Shown piece by piece: positions 35,077 to 46,215 of a DNA stretch of 64,000 nt. Location of the stretch: NCBI GenBank assembly GCA_965235115.1, contig OZ249436.1:994001-1058000 (forward strand), given 5' to 3'. The notes beneath the pieces were generated by a model, which was given only the letters and a program-made list of their open reading frames with translations, was not told where the DNA came from and searched no databases. Origin of the DNA: Laetmonice hystrix (taxonomy: Eukaryota). Positions within the stretch are counted from its first letter, which is position 1. Each line of letters begins with the position of its first letter. The translations under genes and the position numbers were made by a program.

Positions 35077-35854
35077 CGGTGTAAGAAGGTGGTGGCGGGA
35101 TCAGATCCAGGTCGTCCACCCACGGGTTGGAGGTAAATGTTGTAGCCACTGTCTGTGCCGTGCTTGTGGTGGCCACAGGGGACGATGTTCCTGTGCAGTC
35201 TCTGTGAGTCACCTCTGGTTTTGAACTCACGCCGTCCAAGTTGTCTCTGCCCGATAGTTGTGTTACGGAAGCTGTCTGTAATGGTCTCACGCGGGCAACT
35301 GTTCGTCTGCGGCCCCGTTGCTGGGCAATCACTGTCGCTTCATCTAGACCGTTATCACCATGACGACGGGTGATTGAGAAAACTTGGGCGATCACGAAGA
35401 GTAGTATTCCAAGCGCGATGTACGCGGGTCCAATAACCCGAAAATACACGAGAAACTCGACGTTCTCCTCCACTGTGTATGAGGGAATTGTTGCGAACAA
35501 ACCAAACAGTGCCAAGAAAAATCCCACAGCACCGAATATCTGTACAAGTATGGTCTTGCTGTGTAGATTAAGTCGACCTCTCTGGGACCGATTTGTATTT
35601 TTTGCCCGTGCGTACACACTACACGTACTGAAGCTGATACTAGCCCCTGTCGTTGTCACTAGGACTCCGGAGATTTTTGTGGCGATATCCAAACTCGCAG
35701 TGAACGCTACTATTGTGAGAACGATACCGGCCAGAATCAGGACGTTGCCGGCGATGACGATGAACGCGATGTGTCTGCCGTACGGTCCCTCCAGTTTGTT
35801 AACGTCAAACAACCCCTGCAAACACGGCGTCCCAACCTCCCGTGGACGCTGCAT
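34985..35854 (-). CDS. 289-aa four-transmembrane protein with C-terminal PPPSY (PPxY) motif; single coding exon
   Basis: Four hydrophobic segments in two hairpins; GCAGCCATG context with upstream in-frame stop; acceptor ttctcttcag near 35928; PPPPSYTEA WW-binding motif. Confidence 0.8.
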   Translation of the reverse strand: MQRPREVGTPCLQGLFDVNKLEGPYGRHIAFIVIAGNVLILAGIVLTIVAFTASLDIATKISGVLVTTTGASISFSTCSVYARAKNTNRSQRGRLNLHSKTILVQIFGAVGFFLALFGLFATIPSYTVEENVEFLVYFRVIGPAYIALGILLFVIAQVFSITRRHGDNGLDEATVIAQQRGRRRTVARVRPLQTASVTQLSGRDNLDGVSSKPEVTHRDCTGTSSPVATTSTAQTVATTFTSNPWVDDLDLIPPPPSYTEAISGAYPSIHHFPDPNPTLPHPGHQWGLP

Positions 35855-36818
35855 GGCTGCTTCCGGTCACTCACAGTTAGAGTGGGGACGACTTGACGTG
35901 GATGACCCTTTGCCATGACCCAGACACCTGAAGAGAAACCAGTCGTTCTTTAAATGAGAAAACATAAGAGCATTGGTTAAAGGGGCATGCTATGGAACAC
36001 GTTTTGGAGGATTTCCGGCAATTATCCAACATGACCGTGTACTAGGGATCCAAGTAAATAATCCTACCACAGCATTTTGTCCTCCGACGTGTTTTCGCTG
36101 CGTATGCAGCGCAAGTAGGTTCTATACGACCAAACGCATAGATTTCTCCCGATCTCCCGCCATAATTTGGTAGAAAACCTCCCATCAACCTGTGTAATCG
36201 CGTACTGCGTCACATCCTGCGTGTGCACTCTCTGCATGTGCTTAGTCATGTGCTTCGCTTAGTTGTAAACAATTCAGCAGTTGCACTCGATCGTCCGGCA
36301 TCAGAATGCCACCCAAAAAATATCAGAAATCGGCAGAGAAGCGGGCAAGCAAGGCATGCAAAATGAAACTGATAAGTCTGTCTTTGTTTACCAAGCAATT
36401 TTAATGAAAGATCTCTTTATGAAAACAGCAAAAGTTCTTTGAAATACAGATTTTTCACGTTTCCTCATAATATGCCCCTTTAATGATGAAAGAAATCCAC
36501 ATGACCATGCATGTCGTTACAGGTCGTTACCCCCCCCCCCCCACACACACCGACCCGTTTAACATATGACCTATAATTGTTGGCTTGTATTGGGACTGAT
36601 ACATAATCCGTTTCTGGCAATTTCTTTTTATCATTCAAAGTATGTATAATCAGCTTATGTTGAGCATGCTCGGCCGTAAATCTCCTTCCTTGTTGATATT
36701 GGCCGAATCCAGGGTTAAATACACATTGAGGCATGAGGTACTTGTGATAATGTGTATGCCTTCATTAATTACATTAGTGTACGTTATGCCAATACTGATC
36801 AGTAGCGCTGGAATTAGG

Positions 36819-37967
36819 GGTGGAAACTCGACTGTAGAACACACTAAGGGCATTTCTAAAGGCCCAGTGGTGGAAACTCGACTGTAGAACATACTAAAGG
36901 CATTTCTAAAGGCCCAGTGGTGGAAACTCGACTGTAGAACACACTAAGGGCATTTCTAAAGGCCCAGTGGTGGAAACTCGACTGTAGAACACACTAAGGG
37001 CATTTCTAAAGGCCCAGTGGTGGAAACTCGACTGTAGAACATACTAAAGGCATTTCTAAAGGCCCAGTGGTGGAAACTCGACTGTAGAACACACTAGGGG
37101 CATTTCTAAAGGCCCAGTGGTGGAAACTCGACTGTAGAACACACTAAGGGCATTTCTAAAGGCCCAGTGGTGGAAACTCGACTGTAGAACACACTAAAGG
37201 CATTTCTAAAGGCCCAGTGGTGGAAACTCGACTGTAGAACATACTAGGGGCATTTCTAAAGGCCCAGTGGTGGAAACTCGACTGTAGAACACACTAAGGG
37301 CATTTCTAAAGGCCCAGTGGTGGAAACTCGACTGTAGAACACACTAAGGGCATTTCTAAAGGCCCAGTGGTGGAAACTCGACTGTAGAACACACTAGGGG
37401 CATTTCTACAGGCCCAGTGGTGGAAACTCGACTGTAGAACACACTAAAGGCATTTCTAAAGGCCCAGTGGTGGAAACTCGACTGTAGAACACACTAAGGG
37501 CATTTCTAAAGGCCCAGTGGTGGAAACTCGACTGTAGAACACACTAGGGGCATTTCTAAAGGCCCAGTGGTGGAAACTCGACTGTAGAACACACTAAAGG
37601 CATTTCTAAAGGCCCAGTGGTGGAAACTCGACTGTAGAACACACTAAAGGCATTTCTAAAGGCCCAGTGGTGGAAACTCGACTGTAGAACACACTAAGGG
37701 CATTTCTAAAGGCCCAGTGGTGGAAACTCGACTGTAGAACACACTAAAGGTATTTCTAAAGGCCCAGTGGTGGAAACTCGACTGTAGAACACACTAAAGG
37801 CATTTCTAAAGGCCCAGTGGTGGAAACTCGACTGTAGAACACACTAAAGGTATTTCTAAAGGCCCAGTGGTGGAAACTCGACTGTAGAACACACTAGGGG
37901 CATTTCTAAAGGCCCAGTGGTGGAAACTCGACTGTAGAACACACTAAGGGCATTTCTAAAGGCCCAG
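36819..37967. repeat. 60-bp minisatellite (~19 copies)
   Basis: tggaaactcgactgtagaacacactaagggcatttctaaaggcccagtgg, in exact register with 60-nt lines. Confidence 0.95.
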
Positions 37968-39477
37968 GTATTGTTTCTCCATAGGAAAACAATGGAGAAA
38001 AATCGACCATATATCTCAAAATGGGCCGTAAATTTTATAGGTATGTGTATCTTTGCCTTAAGGGCACGTAAAATATCCTGATAGATGGAAAAATGATAGT
38101 GTTATGCATTTTAGTGTTATACATTTCTATCGTTATGGCAGGCAGTACCCCTCTATACAAAAACACTTGATACGGCATAACATAAATTAAAGTAATCTAA
38201 TACGGCAAGCCGATCCTTGCACCCTCCCCTCAAAAACAAAAGCTATGAGCGAAGGCTTGCCATGAGAAAAAAAAGTATACTCCATGCCTATACACAAAGG
38301 TTATGAGCGAATGGTTGCCATGAGAAAAGGTATACTCCTTGCCTATACAAACCAAGGCTATGAGCGAATGGTTGCCATGAGAAAAAGTATACTCCTTGCC
38401 TATGAAAAAGTATACTCCATACCTATAAAAATATGTATACTCCCTGCCTGTAAAGCCTATAAATATTTACTAGATTTGGCAGTTGAACGTTACGTCAAGG
38501 TAAAACCCGACAATGTCCAGAAAGTCTTGAAGAATACTTCTATGTGCCGCCGATATGGCAAGGTTGCCTATCACAGAAAACATTGAAATTGTATACTCTT
38601 AATTAGGTACAATTACAGTCGTTTTCCTGTGACTAATTATAACAAAACTAAACAAAACGGGTAATGGACGATCGTCTTTCTCAAGTCAATGGAGAAAATC
38701 CCATTTCCCCCCGCAAATTTCGAAAGGAAATATACACAAAATGAGTACACAAAATTAGCGGCAACAGTATCAAGAACACCAAATATTCAAATGTGTTTTA
38801 AGAATTTGTTATTATCTTTACCTTCGCTTTAAATGGATCCACGTATTTGTCCTGAAAAATTATGAAATAAAACCCGATGGAACTGTGAAGGTGTATATAA
38901 GTTTATATATAAACATGCATTCTTACTTTGTTAATGGCGAGCCTGTAGTTTCTGGGTGTCTCCCTATCAAGTCTCCTGAGTCCATGGACTATAATATCCA
39001 GACACATAATGGTTCATGAAGGCATGAAGAGAACTATTTGGTCAATGCCTCGGCTTACGTGTGCCGGCTAAAGCCAGGCACGGGATAGCAAACTTAGGCC
39101 TAACGGTCAGGACCTCGTCTACTTACATATATGCTGCAATTAACGACAATGCGCAGCTGTCTACTCATGGTATTAGGAGAGTACGCCTTAATCCCCCCTA
39201 ACCTGTCCTATTCCCAACGTGGCCGAAAATTGTACTCCATTTGTCGTGGGCAACAACCCAAGAATAGAACAGCCCTATCAAAACAAGGTCGTGTATCTGT
39301 CACATTTTAAATACGACATGCTGAGCTGTTTGGAATTTGAAATTAGGGAATAGGACAAGAAGCAAGTGGGGGATTAAGGTATCCCCCACTTACAAATACA
39401 CAAGTGTTTTGGTATTGGCGACTCCCTCAAGATAAGACCAAAACACAGTGTTTTCGGAAGGGCGGATCTTAGGAATG

Positions 39478-39638
39478 CGGTGGCGTACCCAGAAACTGGA
39501 CCCAGGGGGGTGCTGGAAATAACCAACGTCGTAGGCGCTGCAAATTGCGAGGGGGCTATGGGCAACAACAGCCAAAAAAATGGGCAAATTGAGGGGGGGT
39601 ACTTGAGCACCCCAAGCACCCCCCTGGGTACGCTACTG
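39478..39638. mobile_element. MITE with CRGTRGCGTACCCAG termini
   Basis: Inverted ends and 5-bp direct repeat GAATG on both sides. Confidence 0.7.
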
Positions 39639-39747
39639 GAATGGACTACAAAAAATGATTAATTGGGGGAACTAAAAGTGAATTGAGAAGAGTCACGAAA
39701 GACAGGAGTCAAAACATAAAGCTATAGACCACTATAACAATCATCGA

Positions 39748-39782
39748 TTCTTTTGAGACAGAGTGTGGCCCTGACAAGGGCC
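39748..39782 (-). terminator. Histone-type 3' stem-loop (39767-39782) plus HDE-like element, copy 1
   Basis: Minus strand ACAC GGCCCT TGTC AGGGCC ACAC TCTGTCT CAAAAGAA, 30 nt after the stop. Confidence 0.75.
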
Positions 39783-39812
39783 GTGTAGGTTTGTGTGAGA
39801 GAATGGTTCTCT

Positions 39813-40133
39813 TCACTGGTGCTGGTCGTCCTCATCCTCGCCCACCTCCTCCCAGTCGACCTGAAACTCCTCCATGAGGCGGTCCTGCATATCGTCCAGG
39901 AGGTCGGCACGGCTGTTGGCATACTCCCAGAACATGTTCCTCACTCCCTCCAGGGTGACCAGACGGAGACGGTTGTGGTAGCGGAAGGAGCGGCGGTTCT
40001 TGCGGACGGCACGTTCGTGTTTGGCCCTCATTTCCTTGATACGGTTGTTGAGGAGATTGACTTGCTGACAGGCCACCTTGAACTTGCGGTCCATCTGTCG
40101 CATCTCAGAGATAAGTTTATCAACTGGAGCCAT
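39813..40133 (-). CDS. 106-aa intronless helical/coiled-coil protein (basic core, acidic tail), copy 1
   Basis: MAPVDKLISEMRQMDRK...EEVGEDEDDQHQ; GTCATGG start context; ORF intact in five paralogs. The longer ORF-track version starts at a non-ATG codon. Confidence 0.85.
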   Translation of the reverse strand: MAPVDKLISEMRQMDRKFKVACQQVNLLNNRIKEMRAKHERAVRKNRRSFRYHNRLRLVTLEGVRNMFWEYANSRADLLDDMQDRLMEEFQVDWEEVGEDEDDQHQ

Positions 40134-40680
40134 GACTGTAGTAAAATATTCTGAGGGAATTGTTGCAAGCTGAAGGCTTAACGATGATTGTTTCCAAGTA
40201 ATGCTGGTGCCAGTAATATATGGTGGGAAAGAATCAGTGTGGAGGTGAGTGTTGATGGCAAGAGGCGGTCGTGAGGTGCGATAAAGGGTGCTCACTCTGA
40301 GCTAGTCGCTCAGTTGACACCTGACAAATGTGTCAGACGCTACATAGCCCTGACAGCATGGCCGCCTATTTTCGAATTTGGCGTGAAGTCATTAGAAGCC
40401 GTTAGCACTTCTCGACCAATCGGATAATTACATCACTGTCTTTTTATCTCATGGCGTTAATTCGTTCAGCCCTACGTCTTGTGACTTTATTCTACTTAGT
40501 AACTCCCTCCGTAAGAGGTCGCCACCGTGTTCATAGTGAGCCAAATTCCGCGACCATCATTTTAGTTTACGCCCATTCCGATAGAGGGCGCCAAAGTACC
40601 TGACCATGCTGTGCTCGATCAACTCAGCGCATTACACCCGCCTAAAGGCTCAGCTCTGTCTTCCCACGAATGTGTTAGAT
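40134..40680 (-). promoter_or_regulatory. Conserved upstream/promoter block of the 106-aa genes (repeated in all six copies)
   Basis: TATA-like TATATTA at 40214-40220, CCAAT at 40416-40420, E2F-like TTTGGCGC at 40588-40595; motif function is inferred. Confidence 0.5.
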
Positions 40681-40968
40681 TTCATTCATTTTCTTAACCT
40701 GTTTTTTTTTATTAGGATTATAATATGATATAGATTCAATATCGTATGGATACTGTTGAATTTGTGAACATTATTAATGTGTTCGTGTCTATAGGCCGTC
40801 TGCAAAGAGAAAAGCCAGGCAACAATGCGTGACAAAGCACTAGAAACTGTGCAAGAATAGACAGGGGGCACATAGAGGAAGGCATGAATATAGAAATTGA
40901 TACGAAGTAGGTAACTTTTTACTACCTTCTTTTCAAAGTATTTAATTATATCGGAGTACAGGGATCTT

Positions 40969-41225
40969 CAGGGGCGGATTTAGGGGATGCCGAGGGGGCC
41001 GCCCCCCCCTTTCGTCAGGGTATCAATCAGAAAAAAAGCAAACTTTTGTTGTTTGCAACTGTAATTTAAACATTTTGCTTTCTCAGAATGCAGGAAACGC
41101 CATTTCAGAGACTCTATGGTGTTCAAAATTGTCCGGGGGCATGCACCCGGACCCCCCTAGCAGGGCTCGGCCCCCCTTTAATTCCAACCGCCCCCCCCCT
41201 TTCCAAAATCCTGGATCCGCCCCTG
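40969..41225. mobile_element. MITE with CAGGGGCGGAT termini
   Basis: Inverted ends; empty site GGGATCTTGCAAT at ~61038; imperfect ATCTT/GTCTT duplication. Confidence 0.75.
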
Positions 41226-41754
41226 GTCTTGCAATATAACTGGCATGCCATTTAATGTACTGTTATAGAGGCACGATATGAAATTCTTTTTTAATCATTC
41301 TCGGACGACTTCGTTCTGTTTCCACATGGATTACAAAGAATGGTTCGTTGGGGAACTAAAAGGGAGCTGAGAAGAGTCATGAATTCGACAATTGTTTATT
41401 CTTGCACAGTTCCTAGTGCTTTGACACGCATTGTTGCCTGGCTTTTCTCTTTGCAGGCGGCCTATAGACACATAGAGGGAGACATGAATAAATTGATACG
41501 AAGTAGGTTACTTTTTACTATCTTCTTTTCAAAGTATTTAATTATATCGGAGTACATGGATCTTGCAATATAACTAGCATGCCATTTAATGTACTGTTAT
41601 AGAGGCACGATATATATGAAATTCTTTTTTAATCATTCTCGGACGACTTCGTTCTGTTTCTACATTGATTACAAAGGATTGTTCATTGGAGAACTAAAAA
41701 GGAGCTGAGAAGAGTCATGAAAGACAGGAGTCAAAACAAAATAACAATCATCGA

Positions 41755-41789
41755 ATCTCTTGAGACAGAGTGTGGCCCTGACAAGGGCC
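41755..41789 (-). terminator. Histone-type stem-loop (41774-41789) plus HDE-like CAAGAGA, copy 2
   Basis: Same 16-nt hairpin and same spacing from the stop. Confidence 0.7.
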
Positions 41790-41819
41790 GTGTAGGTTTG
41801 TGTGAGAGAATGGTTTTCT

Positions 41820-44023
41820 TCACTGGTGCTGGTCGTCATCGCCCTCGTACACCTCCTCCCAGTCGACCTGAAACTCCTCCATGAGGCGGTCCTCCATATC
41901 GTCCAGGAGGTCGGCACGGCTGTTGGCATACTCCCAGAACATGTTCCTCACTCCCTCCAGGGTGACCAGACGGAGGCGGTTGTGGTAGCGGAAGGAGCGG
42001 CGGTTCTTGCGGACGGCACGGTCGTGTTTGGTCCTCGTGTCCCTGATACGGTTGTTGAGGAGATTGACTTGCTGACAGGCCCTCTTGAACTTGCGGTCCA
42101 TCTGTCGCATCTGGGTCATTCCATGGGAAATCACCCAATTTTCAGACAAATCCCATAGTGATAGTCTTGGATTTGCTTCAAATTTTTTTGACATGTTGCC
42201 TGTGGTGCCAAATGAAAATATGCAAAGTTTTACCTCATTATCATTTATAGTTTTTTTTTAATAGGGGGTCAAAAAAGTGGGCGTGGCTCCTTTTATCGTA
42301 ACAAAAATGCTGCCGACAGATTTATTTCCATCTTTAACAAACCATAGCTCAGGAACTATCAACGATATCAACTTGATTTTTTTAACATAGATCCTTCATC
42401 ATGTACTCTCTTGTTGGCCGGTGTCAGATTAAAATTTAGTCAAGTAGGAGTCAAGCAATTATCTGCTACATTTAAGCATTTTTCTGACGAAAATGAAAAA
42501 TCGTCACATTTCAGATCAGCTTTTCACCCATACCTCATAGGATGAATTGAGTTTGGTTGTTTCTAAATGATAGCACAACTAAAGGGCTTCTTACAGTAAC
42601 AAAAGCAGTTACTTAAGATCAGTAGTTTTTTGGCAAGAATAGCAGGTACCGGGTCTCAGCAGGAAAAAAACCCTATTTGGGCCCCTTTTTTGAAGATGTG
42701 GGTATCCTTCGATTTTGATAATAATTATATCATCAGAAAGCCCTTGATGTGTACCATCAACATACCCATTTTCATTGTTAAACTAGCACCCTTTCATCTT
42801 GAAAAAAAATATTGATTTTTAAAAATATTGACACATTTCGGACGTCATCGTGTCCACCATGATCTTCTAAAGATAATACTGAAAACACATTCCTATGCAA
42901 ATTATTTTGATAATAATTATATCATCAGAAGGTGCTCCCTTGATGTGTACTGTCACCATGCCCATTTTCAATCTGGAATCTGTCTGGTTGTCTGGCAACC
43001 CTGTAATTAGAATGTGCTCCTACTTTTTTGCCAGTTTCTGTCGATTGGCCTGCCACCTAGTGAAATTTGAATGAACTACAATAGTGCTGATCTAGCAGTG
43101 CATTGGAATTTTCTTTACAGGGTATCCTCAGACCTGACCTAAGAAATGTCAAAATTTTAAAATACAGTAATTTTTTCCAAAATGAAAGAGTACTAGTTTT
43201 ACACTGAAAATAGGCATATAGGAATGTCTTTTCAGTATTATCTTTGGAAGATCATGGTGGGCATGATGACGTCTGAAATGTGTCATTATTGTTAAAAATC
43301 AATATTTTTTTCAAGATGGAAGGGTGCTAGTTTAACAATGAAAATAGGTATGTTGATGGTACACATCAAGGGTTTTCTGATGATATAATTATTATCAAAA
43401 TCGAAGGATACCCACATCTTCAAAAAAGGGGCCCAAATAGGGTTTTTTTCCTGCTGAGACCCGGTACCTGCTATTCTTGCCAAAAAACTACTGATCTTAA
43501 GTAACTGCTTTTGTTACTGTAGGAAGCCCTTTAGGTGTACTATCATTGAGAAACAACTAAACTCAATTCATCCTATGAGGTATGGGTGAAAAGCTGATCT
43601 GAAATGTGACGATTTTTCATTTTCGTCAGAAAAATGCTTAAATGTAGCAGATAATTGCTTGACTCCTACTTGATTAAATTTTAATCTGACACCTGCCAAC
43701 AAGAGAGTACATGATAAAGGATCTATGTTAAAAAAATAAGGTTGATATCGTTGATAGTTCCTGAGCTATGGCTGGTTAAAGATGGGAATAAATCTGTCGG
43801 CAGCATTTTTGTCGCGATAAAAGGAGCCACGCCCACTTTTTTGACCCCCTATTAAAAAAAAACTATAAATGATAATGAGGTAAAACTTTGCATATTTTCA
43901 TTTGGCACCACAGGCAACATGTTAAAAAAATTTGAAGCAAATCTGAGACTATCACTATGGGAGCCCTGGGTGATTTCACATGGAATGACCCATCTCAGAG
44001 ATGAGTTTATCAACTGGAGCCAT
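41820..44023 (-). pseudogene. 106-aa gene copy 2, interrupted at codon 10-11 by a 1.88-kb foldback transposon
   Basis: 5' part 43992-44023 and 3' part 41820-42112 flank the insertion. Confidence 0.85.
42113..43991. mobile_element. Non-autonomous foldback DNA transposon, Sola2-like
   Basis: Termini GGGTCATTCCATG...CATGGAATGACCC, ~750-800 bp inverted arms, 4-bp TSD ATCT (empty site visible in paralogs); GRG termini, 4-bp TSD and long TIRs fit Sola2; no transposase. Confidence 0.85.
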
Positions 44024-45809
44024 GACTGTAGTAAAATATTCTGAGGGAATTGTTGCAAGCTGAAGGCTTAACGATGATTGTTTCCAAGTAATGCTGGTGC
44101 CCGTAATATATGGTGGGAAAGAATCAGTGTGGAGGTGAGTGTTGATGGCAAGAGGCGGTCGTGAGGTGCGATAAAGGGTGCTCACTCTGAGCTAGTCGCT
44201 CAGTTGACACCTGACAAATATGTGTCAGACGCTACATAGCCCTGACGGCATGGCCGCCTATTTTCGAATTTGGCGTGAAGTCATTAGAAGCCGGTAGCAG
44301 TTCTCGCCCAATCGGTAACTAAATCACTGCCTTTTTTTTATCTAATGGCGTTAATTCGTTCAGCCCCACGTCTTGTGACTTCATACTACTTAGTAACTCC
44401 CTCCGTAAGAGGTCGCCACCGTGTTCATAGTGAGCCAAATTCCGCGACCACCGTTTTAGTTTATGCCCCTTCCGATAGAGGGCGCCAAAGTACCTGACCA
44501 TGCCGTGTTCAATCAACTCAGCGCATTACACCCGCCTAAAAGCTCAGCTCTGTCTTCCTACGAATGTGTTATATTTCATTCATTGTCTTAACCTGGCTTT
44601 TCATTAGGATTATAATGATATACATTCAATATCGTATGGATACTATTGAATTTGTTTAAGATTTTTCAAAAAGGATTTTCAACCTGCCGTCCATTCTGTT
44701 CAAGAATAGAAAGGGGGACGGGCCCTAGAGTGTTCAAGCATGTAAGGCGGGCGGGCCCTAGAGTGGTCATACTTTGTATTCTATTGTTATTGACAAAACC
44801 TAGCAATTCAAGGTACACTTTTCTGGGGGGAGTCACTGAGTTGAAGTTTTTTTTTGTCCAATATAAACAATATTCTTGTGTTTCTAGGGAAAGATTCGCT
44901 ATTTACTAAAACATGTTCTGATCACCTCTGTCCCCTAGAATGTACACAATTTTAACCGTGAAAACAAGAATGCTGGTTTGTTGAACAACATCACACAACG
45001 TGGTAATTCCTGTGGCGTCTGGTCTGAGATAAATAGGTAGCTATATCGGAAAAAGTTTGATTTTCTCTAACATAAGAGGCAATTGGTTTCCTTTAATCAG
45101 CCGAACATGACTGAAGAAGATATATTCGGCCGACTCGAATATTCGGCCGACTGTGAACAACTGTCATGAGTGCGCAGCCCTAGCACTAGATCTATACGAT
45201 CTACGTTGCAGTTTTAAAGAGGGGCGTTCGTACTTTTGAAAGGGGATCGTCCAAAAGGGGGTTCCCCCGACCGACCCCCCCCCCCCCCAACCCCAGCGTT
45301 CTGGACTATATGCACATTTTACGAATTTAACACCGGCCCGAGGCCGCACGCAGCCAAAGGGCCAGGCCGAGGTCATGAAGAGCATATTTTTATTTGAAAA
45401 AGGCAGGTTTCCTTCGTGTCAGCCCCCCCCCCCCTCCCCGCTAAATACGGACCCAATATTGGCATTTAATCGAACAAGTCGCGAAACTACACACCACACA
45501 TTACATAACTGGTCAAAATGTGTCCTTGAACGGGCGAGCGTCTCGACACGGGATGTCACGAAAATAGAACCAAGATCGAGGCGTTTGACCTTTGACATGG
45601 ACTGGTTCGTCTGGACGCATTCTGTCACGTGGCACGCAACTATATAAACATTACCATTTCGAGAATACGGTCAGTCAGCAAGTTGAAAAGGCCCCGCGAA
45701 CATTGAAAGATCACGTTGTCAGGAATGACAGGTAAGATTGTTTCGGAACGTTGCCTTTATAATGTATGGATAGAAACATGCGGGACAAGACACGTGCATG
45801 CATGTGCTC

Positions 45810-46215
45810 TAGTCCCGTCTAGGGCATTTGCCCCCCAGACATCCGCCCCAAGACATTTTCCCCCGGATTTTTGACCCCCGGACATTTCCTCCCGTAGGAC
45901 TTCTGCCCCCTAGGAAATCTGCCCCCCAGACTTCCACCCACCCCCCACCCCCGGACATTAACCCCCGTAGGACTTCTGCTCCCCTAGGACACCTAACCCT
46001 ATAACCCTAACACTAACACTAGGGGGCATATGTCCTAGGAGGGGGGGGGGGGGCAAAAGTTCTACGGGGCTAATGTCCGGGGGGGGGGCGAATATCTGGG
46101 GGGAGGGCAGATGTCCTAGGGGGCAGAAGTCCGGGGGCTGATGTCCTAGGGGGCAGATGTCCTAGGGGACAGAAGTCCGGGGGCAGATGTCCAGTAGGAA
46201 GTGTCCTGATACCGT
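45810..46215. repeat. Imperfect foldback element with C-rich/G-rich arms and central (CCCTAA)-like repeats (also ~54317-54720 and ~63492-63891)
   Basis: GGACWTCTGCCCCC motifs mirrored by GGGGGCAGAWGTCC; centre CTAACCCTATAACCCTAACACTAACAC. Confidence 0.6.

Noticed and set aside
39813..40133. Calling the 106-aa genes histones because of the stem-loop
   Set aside because: No H2A, H2B, H3, H4 or H1 signature sequences are visible
39795..40154. Antisense 104-119 aa ORFs over each small gene
   Set aside because: Shadow ORFs with non-ATG starts and variable stops
40134..40295. 54-aa N-terminal extension in the 160-aa ORF calls
   Set aside because: Starts at a non-ATG codon and overlaps the TATA-like promoter; the first ATG in good context gives 106 aa
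42630..43483. Mirror-image ORFs MARIAGTGSQQ...
   Set aside because: A consequence of the transposon's inverted arms; no transposase motifs
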